Under the pieces are notes generated by a model, which was given only the letters and a program-made list of their open reading frames with translations, did no database searches and was not told the DNA's origin. Made by a program: the position numbers and the translations under genes. Source: Candidatus Babelota bacterium (GTDB taxonomy: Bacteria > Babelota > Babeliae > Babelales > Vermiphilaceae). From it: a stretch of DNA of 32,000 bases. This document shows positions 9,889 to 18,099 of the stretch, one piece after another (positions within the stretch are counted from its first letter, which is position 1; each line of letters begins with the position of its first letter). The stretch lies in assembly GCA_039809905.1 (NCBI GenBank), contig JBDHVY010000001.1, positions 870,001 through 902,000 of the forward strand. The letters run 5' to 3'.

Positions 9889-10578
9889 CTTAAACACCTT
9901 GCATGTATCATGGATGGCAATCGCAGATGGGCTACCCGCCAAAGTTTCGCGAAATTATTGGGCCATAAAAAAGGAATCGAAACAATACAAATTGTTATCG
10001 ATTTTTGTCTTGCAAAAAAAATATCATATCTTTCTTTATATGCCTATTCTATTGAAAATTTACACAATCGATCAGCAGAGGAACAGTATTATCTTTTTGA
10101 GCAATTAGCCTGGCAAGCGCTTGCGGATATTGATACATTTAAGAAAAAAAACGTACACGTACGATTTATCGGAGACCGAAAGCTTTTTCCAAAGAGTATG
10201 CAAACTATATCAGAAAAAGCTGAGTCGGAAACAGCTCATTGTACTGCGTTGCAGGTAAGCCTTTTATTCTGTTATGGTGGACGGCAAGAAATTGTTGATG
10301 CAGCAAAGCGTATTGCGCAAGCTGTTGCACAAGGGGCATTAAAAATAGATGACATTACTACGCAATTGTTTGAAGATAATTTGTGGGTTTCTGGTGTGCC
10401 ATCGCCGGATTTAATTATTCGTACGGGTGGTCAGCAAAGATTAAGCAATTTTTTATTGTATCAAGCAGCATATAGTGAACTTTATTTTCTTGATTGTATG
10501 TGGCCGGATATTTCCGAAAAAGAATTAGAATTGGCACTCACCTATTATGACGAGTGCCAAAAAAATTTTGGAAAATGA
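9883..10578 (+). CDS. uppS: Undecaprenyl-diphosphate synthase (ditrans,polycis-UPP synthase)
   Basis: Motifs: LKHLACIMDGNRRWA, YLSLYAYSIENLHNRSAEE, and RTGGQQRLSNFLLYQAAYSELYFLDCMWPD. The start is ATG 9883 or TTG 9874; either must precede the conserved HLACIMDGN block. Confidence 0.95.
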   Translation: MGLKHLACIMDGNRRWATRQSFAKLLGHKKGIETIQIVIDFCLAKKISYLSLYAYSIENLHNRSAEEQYYLFEQLAWQALADIDTFKKKNVHVRFIGDRKLFPKSMQTISEKAESETAHCTALQVSLLFCYGGRQEIVDAAKRIAQAVAQGALKIDDITTQLFEDNLWVSGVPSPDLIIRTGGQQRLSNFLLYQAAYSELYFLDCMWPDISEKELELALTYYDECQKNFGK

Positions 10579-10583
10579 AAAGT

Positions 10584-11351
10584 TTATTTTTCTAGCTTTG
10601 CTATTGCTTGCTCAATGGCAAAGATTAAACCATTATCAGTTGTAAATTCCTTTGCAATTTCTAGCGCAGATTTTCCTTCTGTATCGGTAGCCAATGGATT
10701 TGCTCCTGATTCAATAAGAGCGCGGGCTAAATCATAACTACCATAATAAATAGCGATAATTAATGCAGGCCCTTCATTTTTATAGACATAGTTTAAATCA
10801 GCGCCATAATTTAGCAATCTTCTAAGAGATCGTACAACAACATCAGGACTCATCTCCTTTGCCTTCATGCATAAATAACGAAGATCTTTTCTTAATTCTG
10901 ATTGGAATGTAAGAGTTTCTTTAGCACATTGTGTTTGCAATGCTGACCAAACTTTTTCATTAGTGGTATTAAATTTATGAGCAAGATATTTTGTTAATTC
11001 TGAGCAAAATCCTGGGTCATTTATTAATTGATTGAGACCTCTATTCACTTGAGCAAGAGAATTTATCGTTTGAGCAGCAGCTTCCAGTGATTGAGCTGTT
11101 CCATAAATACTCAATAACAAAATGATTTGACCTTGATCTGCTTTTGTCAATTGCTCGAAGGGATTAGGATCGTTGGTAACAGTTAATTGGCTTCCAGCAT
11201 TGGCTGTAGATCTGGTTCCTGTTAACATCTGACCGGCTCTCGTTACCCAGCGTCCAATCCGCTTGGCTCCAGGTAGGTCCATTGCTTGTAGGGTTGTCAA
11301 TGTTGCTAAAAATAACACTGCTGAAAAAAATATATTGATACGTGATTTCAT
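10584..11351 (-). CDS. Secreted ankyrin-repeat protein, paralogous family member (tandem copy 3 of 3)
   Basis: Start chosen at MKSRINIFFSAVLFLATLTTLQA (signal peptide, AAGGAAA upstream), which removes the overlap with the upstream gene. Blocks are NDPNPFEQLTKADQGQIILLL, LTKYLAHKFNTTNEKVWSAL and ADLNYVYKNEGPALIIAI. An ANK repeat is ESGANPLATDTEGKSALEIA and the C-terminus reads EQAIAK. Confidence 0.8.
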   Translation of the reverse strand: MKSRINIFFSAVLFLATLTTLQAMDLPGAKRIGRWVTRAGQMLTGTRSTANAGSQLTVTNDPNPFEQLTKADQGQIILLLSIYGTAQSLEAAAQTINSLAQVNRGLNQLINDPGFCSELTKYLAHKFNTTNEKVWSALQTQCAKETLTFQSELRKDLRYLCMKAKEMSPDVVVRSLRRLLNYGADLNYVYKNEGPALIIAIYYGSYDLARALIESGANPLATDTEGKSALEIAKEFTTDNGLIFAIEQAIAKLEK

Positions 11352-11416
11352 ATTATTTTCCTTTTTGTTATATATATTTATATTATACACTGCTGTTTTA
11401 CATAAAAGCAGATATA

Positions 11417-12202
11417 TCACTTTGTGCTATATTTGTTTTTTATTGCTTCTTTAATTAATTGTATTGCTTGTGGATTATTATATTCGGTTGCCCATTTCAA
11501 AGGTGTTATATTTTTTTTATTGGCTTGTTCGGGATTAGCACCAGCTTCTAACAATAACTGAATTAACGTCAGTGCATTTGAGGCGATAGCACGTATGAGG
11601 AGAGTAGCTCTATTTGGTTCATACGTAAAATTAAGATCTATATAATGTTCTTTCAAAAATGTATTAAATTTTTCCTGTAATTCTTGAGGTGAAACAGGTT
11701 TGTTGGTACAGAATTCACGGAACATCATTTGATTTCTTAATATATCTATTGCTGTTGGCATGCTCAAATGCCGACATACTACTTCATCAGAAGTATTAAA
11801 TTGGCGAGAAAGTCCTTTTATTATCTTAAGACAATATAAGGGATGGTTAAATGTTTGATTGAGTTCTTTATTTACCACAGAAAGAGAATTGATAGTTCCT
11901 GTTGCGAGATTAAAATCATCGGTATACATACCAGTTATAAGAAGCGACATAATTTGATTTTGTTTATCTTTGGATAAATTGCTAAATGGAGTTGGATCAT
12001 TAGGAATTGTTAATAGTTTTTTTAGTTCATTTGGATTACGTGGTGCTTTTCCTAAGAGAATGATCTCAACTGCTGCATCTGCGTATGTTTTAATTTTTTT
12101 AAAAACAGTGGTTTTTTTTGGAGGTTGCTGCATACCATTGCTGTAGCACATAGTTATTAATGCGGCAAGTGTAAATAATATATTCAATCTTATCGTTTTC
12201 AT
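11417..12202 (-). CDS. Secreted ankyrin-repeat protein, paralogous family member (tandem copy 2 of 3)
   Basis: Signal peptide MKTIRLNILFTLAALITMCYS. Blocks are NDPTPFSNLSKDKQNQIMSLLI, IIKGLSRQFNTSDEVVCRHL and IDLNFTYEPNRATLLIRAI. An ANK repeat is EAGANPEQANKKNITPLKWA. Confidence 0.8.
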   Translation of the reverse strand: MKTIRLNILFTLAALITMCYSNGMQQPPKKTTVFKKIKTYADAAVEIILLGKAPRNPNELKKLLTIPNDPTPFSNLSKDKQNQIMSLLITGMYTDDFNLATGTINSLSVVNKELNQTFNHPLYCLKIIKGLSRQFNTSDEVVCRHLSMPTAIDILRNQMMFREFCTNKPVSPQELQEKFNTFLKEHYIDLNFTYEPNRATLLIRAIASNALTLIQLLLEAGANPEQANKKNITPLKWATEYNNPQAIQLIKEAIKNKYSTK

Positions 12203-12223
12203 AATCTATCCTTAACATTACTT

Positions 12224-13060
12224 TTAATGGTATTTTCTTCCCATAAGTGCTTTGAGTGCAATTCTGTATTCCACGGGCATTTCAAGCGTTTGCAGAGGAT
12301 TTGGAAAATATATATCTAAAAGATCTCTGGCTGTATTGCCTTTTCTATTTCGCGCAGAAGGATTAGCTCCGGCTTTAATGAGAGGCCGTACAAATGAGAG
12401 GTTACCAGTTACAATTGCGAGCATCAGAGGAGTTTTGAGATCCACATAGGTATAGTTGATATCCAAATCGTTGAACTCTTCTATAAGACTTTGTAATGTT
12501 TCTTCAAATTCTTTTTCTGAAGAGGTGTTGTCACAACACAATCTAAATAATAGATTTTGTGAGAGAACTATCTCTCTTGAGGCGCCAAGTTGAATTTTTT
12601 CTGCAACTTCAGTTTCAGAAGAATTAAATTTTTTAGCCAGGAATTTTATGAGTTGCCGGCAAAAAACATGATCATAAAAAAGTTTGCGAAGATGCTCGTC
12701 TTGCTTAAAAAGATCTTTAAAAATATCAATGGTATTGTGAATTGTTGTTGGTGTTTTTCCGAATGGGCTACTGCTTGTCATGTAAAGCTTCAGGAGATAA
12801 ACAATGTTTTCTTGTGTTTTAGGTGTTAAATATTGAAAAGAATTGATTCCATCTTCGGACATAACTAATTGGTCTTCAAGCGCCTCACCACTTTCTATTT
12901 GTAATGGTATTTTATCCAATAGTATGTTTTTGATAAGAGTTATCCAATGGGGTTCAATGTTTTGGTCTAAGGCAAGTTTAGGAGGGTCCATAGATATAAG
13001 CTGAGAAGAGAAAGATGTCATTAAAATAGTGAAGACAATGTTCATTTTATGCAATTTCAT
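12224..13060 (-). CDS. Secreted ankyrin-repeat protein, paralogous family member (tandem copy 1 of 3)
   Basis: AAGGAAA lies upstream of the ATG and the N-terminus is hydrophobic (MNIVFTILMTSFSSQLIS). Blocks are FQYLTPKTQENIVYLLKL, LIKFLAKKFNSSETEVAEKI and DLDINYTYVDLKTPLMLAI. An ANK repeat is KAGANPSARNRKGNTARDLL. Confidence 0.8.
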   Translation of the reverse strand: MKLHKMNIVFTILMTSFSSQLISMDPPKLALDQNIEPHWITLIKNILLDKIPLQIESGEALEDQLVMSEDGINSFQYLTPKTQENIVYLLKLYMTSSSPFGKTPTTIHNTIDIFKDLFKQDEHLRKLFYDHVFCRQLIKFLAKKFNSSETEVAEKIQLGASREIVLSQNLLFRLCCDNTSSEKEFEETLQSLIEEFNDLDINYTYVDLKTPLMLAIVTGNLSFVRPLIKAGANPSARNRKGNTARDLLDIYFPNPLQTLEMPVEYRIALKALMGRKYH

Positions 13061-13271
13061 GAATATTTCCTTTTTAATGTACTGTTAAAGGGTATTTTTT
13101 TAGCTCTATATTGTAATGTATAGCATTTTTTTATTCAGATAGTAAATAATTTTGCTGATTTTGTATAAGTATCATCAGGTAACGCTTGTTTTGGTAGTAT
13201 ACAAATAGTAATTTTACGATATAATGGATAATAAAACTATTAATGAGTTTATTTACATTGGGATTTTATCG

Positions 13272-15134
13272 ATGATTAATGGGTATAATATATGTCTTGA
13301 AATGATAGATCAGGTCATATTTGATGATGTTTCTTTTGTTTTTGACCAAAATCAGCGGATTGGCTTGGTTGGTCGTAATGGTTCTGGAAAATCGACTTTG
13401 CTTAAAGTTATTGCAGGAAAGCAGCAGATTGATAGTGGATCTGTTGGTATTCAAAAAGGCAAAACAATTGCCTATCTTTCTCAGGATGTAGTTCTCCAGT
13501 CAGATAAATCTATTGTAGAAGAAACATATACTGCGTTTGCGTATGTAGCAGATTTGTTGAAAGAGCAACAAGAAATAGAAGCTCAGCTTGATAATGCGCA
13601 AGATCTTGATGAATTACTAGAACGATATGCAGTTGTTTGCGAAAAACTTCTTCATGTTGATCAAGAAGCAATGCGTGCTGAAGCAAAAAAAGTTTTGATG
13701 GGTCTTGGATTCAAGCCTGAAGTATTTGATAATCCAGTGAGCACGTTAAGTGTTGGTTGGAAAATGCGTATTGTTCTTGCAAAACTATTATTACAAAAAG
13801 CTGATTTTTATCTTTTTGATGAGCCAACTAACCATTTGGATATTGTTGCCAAAGAATGGTTTTTACAATTTTTAAAACGTGCTCCATTTGGTTTTGTTTT
13901 AGTATGTCATGATCGTTATTTCTTAAATCAGCTTTGCAATATTATCTTTGAGATTGAACGAGGCAAAGGCACTTTGTATGTTGGTGATTATAATCATTAT
14001 GAAAAACAAAAAGCACATGATGAAGCATTATTAGAAATGCAATACAAAAACCAGCAAAAAGAGCTTAAGCAGAAACAAGAATTTATTGATCGGTTTAAGG
14101 CAAAAGCAAGCAAAGCATCTGTTGCTCAAAGTATGGTTAAAAAGATGGAAAAAATTGAGCTCATAGAGTTGCCGCCATCACCACCTGATATTAATTTTAC
14201 ATTTCCTCCATTGCAACAATCAGGAAGTACGGTGCTTACGGTAGAAAATGTAGCGCATTCTTTTGGTGAAAAACAAATTTTTAAAAATGTTTCTTTTGAA
14301 GTGCAGCGCGGTAAGAAAATTGCATTAGTTGCTGCCAATGGTGTTGGTAAGACAACATTATTTAATTTAATTGCTCATAAATTACCCCTTGCCACTGGTT
14401 CTATTACTACTGGATATAATGTACATACAGCGATATTTGATCAAGATCAGACTGCATCGCTTGCATTAGATAAAACAATTTTGGAAAATATTACTGAAAG
14501 TTGTCCTAAGGCAACAGAGCAAAAAATTAGAGCATTTGCAGGTTCATTTTTATTTACCAAAGATAGTATTAATAAAAAAGTGGGCGTGCTGAGCGGTGGT
14601 GAAAAAAACCGTGTTGGTATGATTAAAGTATTGTTGCAAAATGCTAATCTTCTTTTGCTTGATGAACCTACTAACCATTTGGATATTCAATCAAAAGATA
14701 TTTTGTTAACAGCATTAAATGCCTATCAAGGTACTATTCTTTTTGTTTCGCATGATCAAGATTTTGTTAATAAGCTTGCAACAGATATTGTTGAGTTGAG
14801 CGTTGATGGTGCGCAGGAATATCAAGGTAATTATGAATTGTATTTGTATCAAAAGCAGCAAGAAGCGCAGCGAGCTCAAGCAGCTGAACAACAAAACAAA
14901 AAAACAGATTCAAAAAAACCAGAAGTAAGTAAACCAAAAAAAGTGGTTTCATCTTCAGATATGAAAGCTTTAGAGCGTAAAATTCAAAAGCTTGAACATG
15001 AGATAAGTAGAACAGAAAATAGTTTTGCCGATCTTATTTTTGGCACACCAAAATTTAACGAATCGCAAAAAAAACTAACTGATCTAAAAAAAGAACTCGA
15101 TGCTACTATGGCTGAATGGGAAGAAAGCCAATAA
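13272..15134 (+). CDS. ABC-F family ATPase (Uup/YheS-like, two ABC domains plus Lys-rich coiled-coil C-terminal extension)
   Basis: It has two Walker A motifs (GRNGSGKST, AANGVGKTT), two signature motifs (LSVGWKMR, LSGGEKNR) and two Walker B motifs (FYLFDEPTNHLD, LLLLDEPTNHLD), with no TM domain. The start at M17 of the track ORF (13272) gives the N-terminal spacing to GLVG (31 aa) seen in YheS-type proteins. Starts at 13224 or 13302 remain possible. Confidence 0.93.
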   Translation: MINGYNICLEMIDQVIFDDVSFVFDQNQRIGLVGRNGSGKSTLLKVIAGKQQIDSGSVGIQKGKTIAYLSQDVVLQSDKSIVEETYTAFAYVADLLKEQQEIEAQLDNAQDLDELLERYAVVCEKLLHVDQEAMRAEAKKVLMGLGFKPEVFDNPVSTLSVGWKMRIVLAKLLLQKADFYLFDEPTNHLDIVAKEWFLQFLKRAPFGFVLVCHDRYFLNQLCNIIFEIERGKGTLYVGDYNHYEKQKAHDEALLEMQYKNQQKELKQKQEFIDRFKAKASKASVAQSMVKKMEKIELIELPPSPPDINFTFPPLQQSGSTVLTVENVAHSFGEKQIFKNVSFEVQRGKKIALVAANGVGKTTLFNLIAHKLPLATGSITTGYNVHTAIFDQDQTASLALDKTILENITESCPKATEQKIRAFAGSFLFTKDSINKKVGVLSGGEKNRVGMIKVLLQNANLLLLDEPTNHLDIQSKDILLTALNAYQGTILFVSHDQDFVNKLATDIVELSVDGAQEYQGNYELYLYQKQQEAQRAQAAEQQNKKTDSKKPEVSKPKKVVSSSDMKALERKIQKLEHEISRTENSFADLIFGTPKFNESQKKLTDLKKELDATMAEWEESQ

Positions 15135-15160
15135 TAAAAGCATTTTATTTAAAAATATAA

Positions 15161-15183
15161 ACACCGCACTTTCGTTGCGGTGT
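15161..15183. terminator. Bidirectional rho-independent terminator between convergent ABC-F and HAD genes
   Basis: ACACCGCA-ctttcgt-TGCGGTGT forms an 8-bp GC-rich stem. It is flanked by an A-run upstream (aaaaatataa) and a T-run downstream (tttattt). Confidence 0.8.
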
Positions 15184-15188
15184 TTTAT

Positions 15189-15851
15189 TTATGATAATAT
15201 ACCTTGGGCTCGTAATTGTTGTCGCAAATCTTGAGCATTTTTAAAATGAATTCCATGCATGCCAACTGATTGTGCTGCTTTAACGTTTGCTAATTTATCA
15301 TCGATAAAGATTATTTGATGAGAGTTCAGATTATGTTTTTTTATATGAGTATAAAAAAATTCTGGATTTGGTTTTTTAATAATGAGTCCTGTTTTTGTTG
15401 ATTCAAACGGAATTGTTGCATCTTTAAACATGCTAAAAATTGATGAGAATTTACCTGCGCAATCATCAAATACTGTTTTTCCAATATTAGAACCTAAATG
15501 GTGTTCATATCCAAGTTGAGATAATTCATTCATAATAGCAACAGTTTTTTTTATAGGAGCATACGAAGAACATGCTTGGATGGTCAATTCTACTAATGCC
15601 TGATTATCCGCTTGCAATGCAGCTTTAATTAATTCTTCACTTACTAATTGTTTTTTAGTTAGTCGTAAGCGTTCAAGCAAGAAAGTACAGAGTATTTTTA
15701 CGGTTTTTTTATCTAATTTTCGTATAATTTCTTTTTTATTCTTAAATTGTATACAGACCATAAACCAGCTCCAAAGACTTTTTTCAAGAATAACATCATG
15801 AAGATCCCACAAAAAAATATGTGTGGTTGGAGAAAATGGTAATTTATTCAT
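15189..15851 (-). CDS. HAD-superfamily hydrolase
   Basis: The N-terminal motif I-like sequence is IFLWDLHDVIL (DxHD). The C-terminal motif IV region is IIFIDDKLANVKAAQSVGMHGIHF. AAAGGA lies upstream of the ATG. Confidence 0.7.
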   Translation of the reverse strand: MNKLPFSPTTHIFLWDLHDVILEKSLWSWFMVCIQFKNKKEIIRKLDKKTVKILCTFLLERLRLTKKQLVSEELIKAALQADNQALVELTIQACSSYAPIKKTVAIMNELSQLGYEHHLGSNIGKTVFDDCAGKFSSIFSMFKDATIPFESTKTGLIIKKPNPEFFYTHIKKHNLNSHQIIFIDDKLANVKAAQSVGMHGIHFKNAQDLRQQLRAQGILS

Positions 15852-15861
15852 TGTTATCCTT

Positions 15862-16575
15862 TCAGTGCACGCGAAGTTGCACAGATAATGGTTTATTTTT
15901 GTCTAATATTAATAGTGTGCCTGCAAATGGTCTTTGATCAATAACAATATGCTGAGCATTGTTAAGATGTATTGATGGAACATCACTAATAATATGTGGT
16001 TGTATGCCATAATTATCCAGAAAATCGATTACCTGTTGCAATGGCATATTGGTAAAATCTGGCCATATAATTGGCTTATTGTTTCCTGCAGAAATATAAA
16101 GAGTTAATTTATTTTTTTCGAGTGGTTGATTGTGTTGTGGTGACTGTGCAAAACAAAGGTTTTCTGGATAGGAATGAGATACATAATAAATACGTGGGTT
16201 AATGCCTTGTGCGTGGAGTTGATTACATAGCTCTTTACTTTGTATTCCAACACATTGCGGTGCACGTAGTGGTATAGGTTTTTTTGTTGTTACAATGAAT
16301 AAAGGTTGATTTTCTTTTATTTTTGTTCCTGCTGCAGGTGTTTGATTAAGGATAATGCCTTCTGGTATATCACTATTAGTTTCTTCTATTTGATCAATAA
16401 GACGAAGATTAAGTTTGTGCTTGGTAATCAGAGGTAAAATTGTATGTACTTCTTTGCCAATAACATCTGGTGCAGTTATTTCTGGTATATGCAAAAGTAT
16501 ATGCATCACAAAATATCCAGAAAAGAAACTTATAAATGGCAACAACCATAAAAAACTTTTACTGCGTAAGTACAT
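15862..16575 (-). CDS. Membrane-anchored protein with three PASTA domains and no catalytic domain
   Basis: The single N-terminal TM segment is FLWLLPFISFFSGYFVMHILL. Three PASTA-like units follow: APDVIGKEV...PEGIILNQTPAAGTKIKENQPLFIV; APQCVGIQSKEL...CFAQSPQHNQPLEKNKLTLYIS; WPDFTNMPLQQV...VIDQRPFAGTLL...LSVQLRV. The start is moved to MYLRSK (16575) because the longer ORF (to 16668) runs into the RNase P RNA. Confidence 0.78.
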   Translation of the reverse strand: MYLRSKSFLWLLPFISFFSGYFVMHILLHIPEITAPDVIGKEVHTILPLITKHKLNLRLIDQIEETNSDIPEGIILNQTPAAGTKIKENQPLFIVTTKKPIPLRAPQCVGIQSKELCNQLHAQGINPRIYYVSHSYPENLCFAQSPQHNQPLEKNKLTLYISAGNNKPIIWPDFTNMPLQQVIDFLDNYGIQPHIISDVPSIHLNNAQHIVIDQRPFAGTLLILDKNKPLSVQLRVH

Positions 16576-16659
16576 GAAAATAAAGATCCTTATTAAGAGA
16601 AATGGGGTATAAATAAGCCGGATTTTGTGATTTAGATATATCTTACGACTATCCAAATT

Positions 16660-17018
16660 GACAACCATCTATCTATGCGACATACCCGTGTGTTTAACCG
16701 GAATGAACGACCGACACACACTTCTTTGTCTTGCTTCCAGTAGGGTTTGCCCATTGTATATATTACTACATACAATTGTGCGCTCTTACCGCACATTTTC
16801 ACCATTACATTAGCCCATTTTTCATTGCATTCCAAAATGACAACTCTTTTTAAGAAGTTTCTCATTAAGAAAGCCATGTGAGACTAAAGCTGTTTTTTTC
16901 TGTGGCACTTTCCATAAGCCTAAGCTTTCCAGCATTGAGTATAAATACTCTCTACTGGTACTGTGTTCATTAGAAGTCCGGACTTTCCTCACGTAAACCG
17001 TAATTTACGCGCGATTGT
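16660..17018 (-). ncRNA. rnpB: RNase P RNA (bacterial type A), about 360 nt
   Basis: The minus strand carries the universal blocks in the correct order: GAGGAAAGTCCGGAC (CR-I/P4 5' strand), AGTGCCACAGAAAAAAACAG (CR-II), GGTGAAAATGTGCGGTAAGAGCGCACAA (CR-III), GGGCAAACCCTACTGGAAGCAAG (CR-IV) and TTCCGGTTAAA (P4 3' strand). The terminal P1 pairing is GACAATC (17018-17012) with GGTTGTC (16666-16660). The P3 hairpin is CGTAAA-ttacgg-TTTACG. The ends are approximate (+/-10 nt). Confidence 0.9.
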
Positions 17019-17485
17019 CTTATATACCCCATATATTTTAATGTCAAAGAGAAACATATTGTTAGTAATAGGGTACCACTAATTCTTATAATAGTATAGT
17101 TTTTTGTAGTGATAATCCCGAAAAGATACCTTTCAATCGCATATATTTGAATTATCATGCCTATTATGATCAGGGTAATCAGGTGGGCGAGAGAAGGGTA
17201 GAAGTTCTTACGAAAAAAATAAGCGACTATGGTCAATGGAGCACATAAAATAGCAGTAAGAGAAAATGAGCTATAAAAACAAAAGGATTCAATACATTGT
17301 AAGAATGCTATGAAAATCAAAAGGAGATATCTTTGATTATGCAAAATAATTATGCAATAAAAACATAAAAGAAAAGGGATGTTTATTTTTCCAATCAGAA
17401 AAAATTGTCCCAAATCAATACTAAGAAGCAAGATTGCCATTCCGATCAAAAAAAGATTTTGCTTAGTTTCATTTATACATAACAT
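16970..17485 (-). CDS. Small polytopic membrane protein, possibly MreD-like
   Basis: The 171-aa protein has about 5 TM segments, a size and topology typical of MreD. A weak pattern resemblance exists (IFIAFLQCIESFCFYSSFSLTAILCAPLTIVAYFFRKNF versus the MreD core). No diagnostic motif is present. The last ~16 codons overlap the 5' end of rnpB. Confidence 0.5.
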   Translation of the reverse strand: MLCINETKQNLFLIGMAILLLSIDLGQFFLIGKINIPFLLCFYCIIILHNQRYLLLIFIAFLQCIESFCFYSSFSLTAILCAPLTIVAYFFRKNFYPSLAHLITLIIIGMIIQIYAIERYLFGIITTKNYTIIRISGTLLLTICFSLTLKYMGYIRQSRVNYGLREESPDF

Positions 17486-17655
17486 AATAATTATAATAAC
17501 TTCTTTTTAATGTAAACATGAGAAAATGATTATTGATAAGAATCTTATCAATGAGTGTTATAGCGATAGCAATAATATTGACCAATAGCATCAGGAATGC
17601 TATTTTTTGTACAACACTATAATGTAGTTTCATTATAAAATAAAAGGAGATTTCA

Positions 17656-18099
17656 ATGAAACGTTCTTTTTTAATGATAGTGAGTGTTGTTATATTTCCC
17701 GTGTGTCTATCTGGAGCACATGAGTATGAATATTTGTGCAAAACTATTTCTTCTTTGGGCAGTAGTATTGAACAAGTGGATAATATCCCTGGTATTGGAA
17801 AACTTACCAATTTGTTACCATTTGCAGTTCTTGCAAATAGCCTCAAAGAATGTCCCATGCAAACAATCGCAGTTTTAGCTGCAATTAGTATGTATATGAT
17901 TGCTCAAAATGAAACTGTTCGTGAAACGATAAATACCTATGAAGTTACCAATACTTTTCCCTGGATCAAAAGAAGTAATAAAATTGATGTAGATGTTGAA
18001 GATCCTCGATTCTTTGTTTTTGATGAAGAATATAATGGTTACGATGAATATGGTGGCTATGATGAATACGAGAGTAAAGAGATTGAAGATAATATTTGA
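17656..18099 (+). CDS. Small secreted protein with acidic Tyr-rich C-terminal tail, function unknown
   Basis: AAAGGAGA lies 6 nt upstream of the ATG. The signal peptide is MKRSFLMIVSVVIFPVCLSGA. The C-terminus reads DEEYNGYDEYGGYDEYESKEIEDNI. Its stop TGA (18097-18099) overlaps the ATG (18099) of the next gene. Confidence 0.65.
   Translation: MKRSFLMIVSVVIFPVCLSGAHEYEYLCKTISSLGSSIEQVDNIPGIGKLTNLLPFAVLANSLKECPMQTIAVLAAISMYMIAQNETVRETINTYEVTNTFPWIKRSNKIDVDVEDPRFFVFDEEYNGYDEYGGYDEYESKEIEDNI

Noticed and set aside
9773-10108. 111-aa ORF overlapping the uppS 5' region, and the 9474-9698 ORF inside the membrane protein gene
   Set aside because: These are alternative frames of confidently or plausibly coding regions, with low-complexity products.
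16576-16668. N-terminal 31-codon extension of the PASTA ORF (MVVNLDSRKIYLNHKIRLIYTPFLLIRIFIF)
   Set aside because: It would start within or abutting the 3' end of rnpB. The internal ATG at 16575 gives a normal short cytoplasmic tail plus TM anchor.
16632-16877. 81-aa ORF on the minus strand
   Set aside because: It lies entirely inside the RNase P RNA, whose conserved blocks GTGCGGTAAGAGCGCAC and GGGCAAACCC fall within it. I treat it as a non-coding artefact.
16660-17018. Considered tmRNA, 6S or SRP RNA for this non-coding-looking stretch
   Set aside because: No tmRNA ends (GGGG...ACCA-type acceptor), tag ORF or SRP GGAA/AGCA motif were seen. The ordered CR-I to CR-V blocks fit RNase P RNA instead.
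17469-17858. 129-aa minus-strand ORF (or its 54-aa version from ATG 17633, a single-TM peptide)
   Set aside because: The long form is antisense to the well-supported 17656-18099 gene (strong RBS and signal peptide). The short form starts only 22 nt from that gene's ATG and overlaps the next gene by 17 nt. It cannot be excluded but is not supportable.
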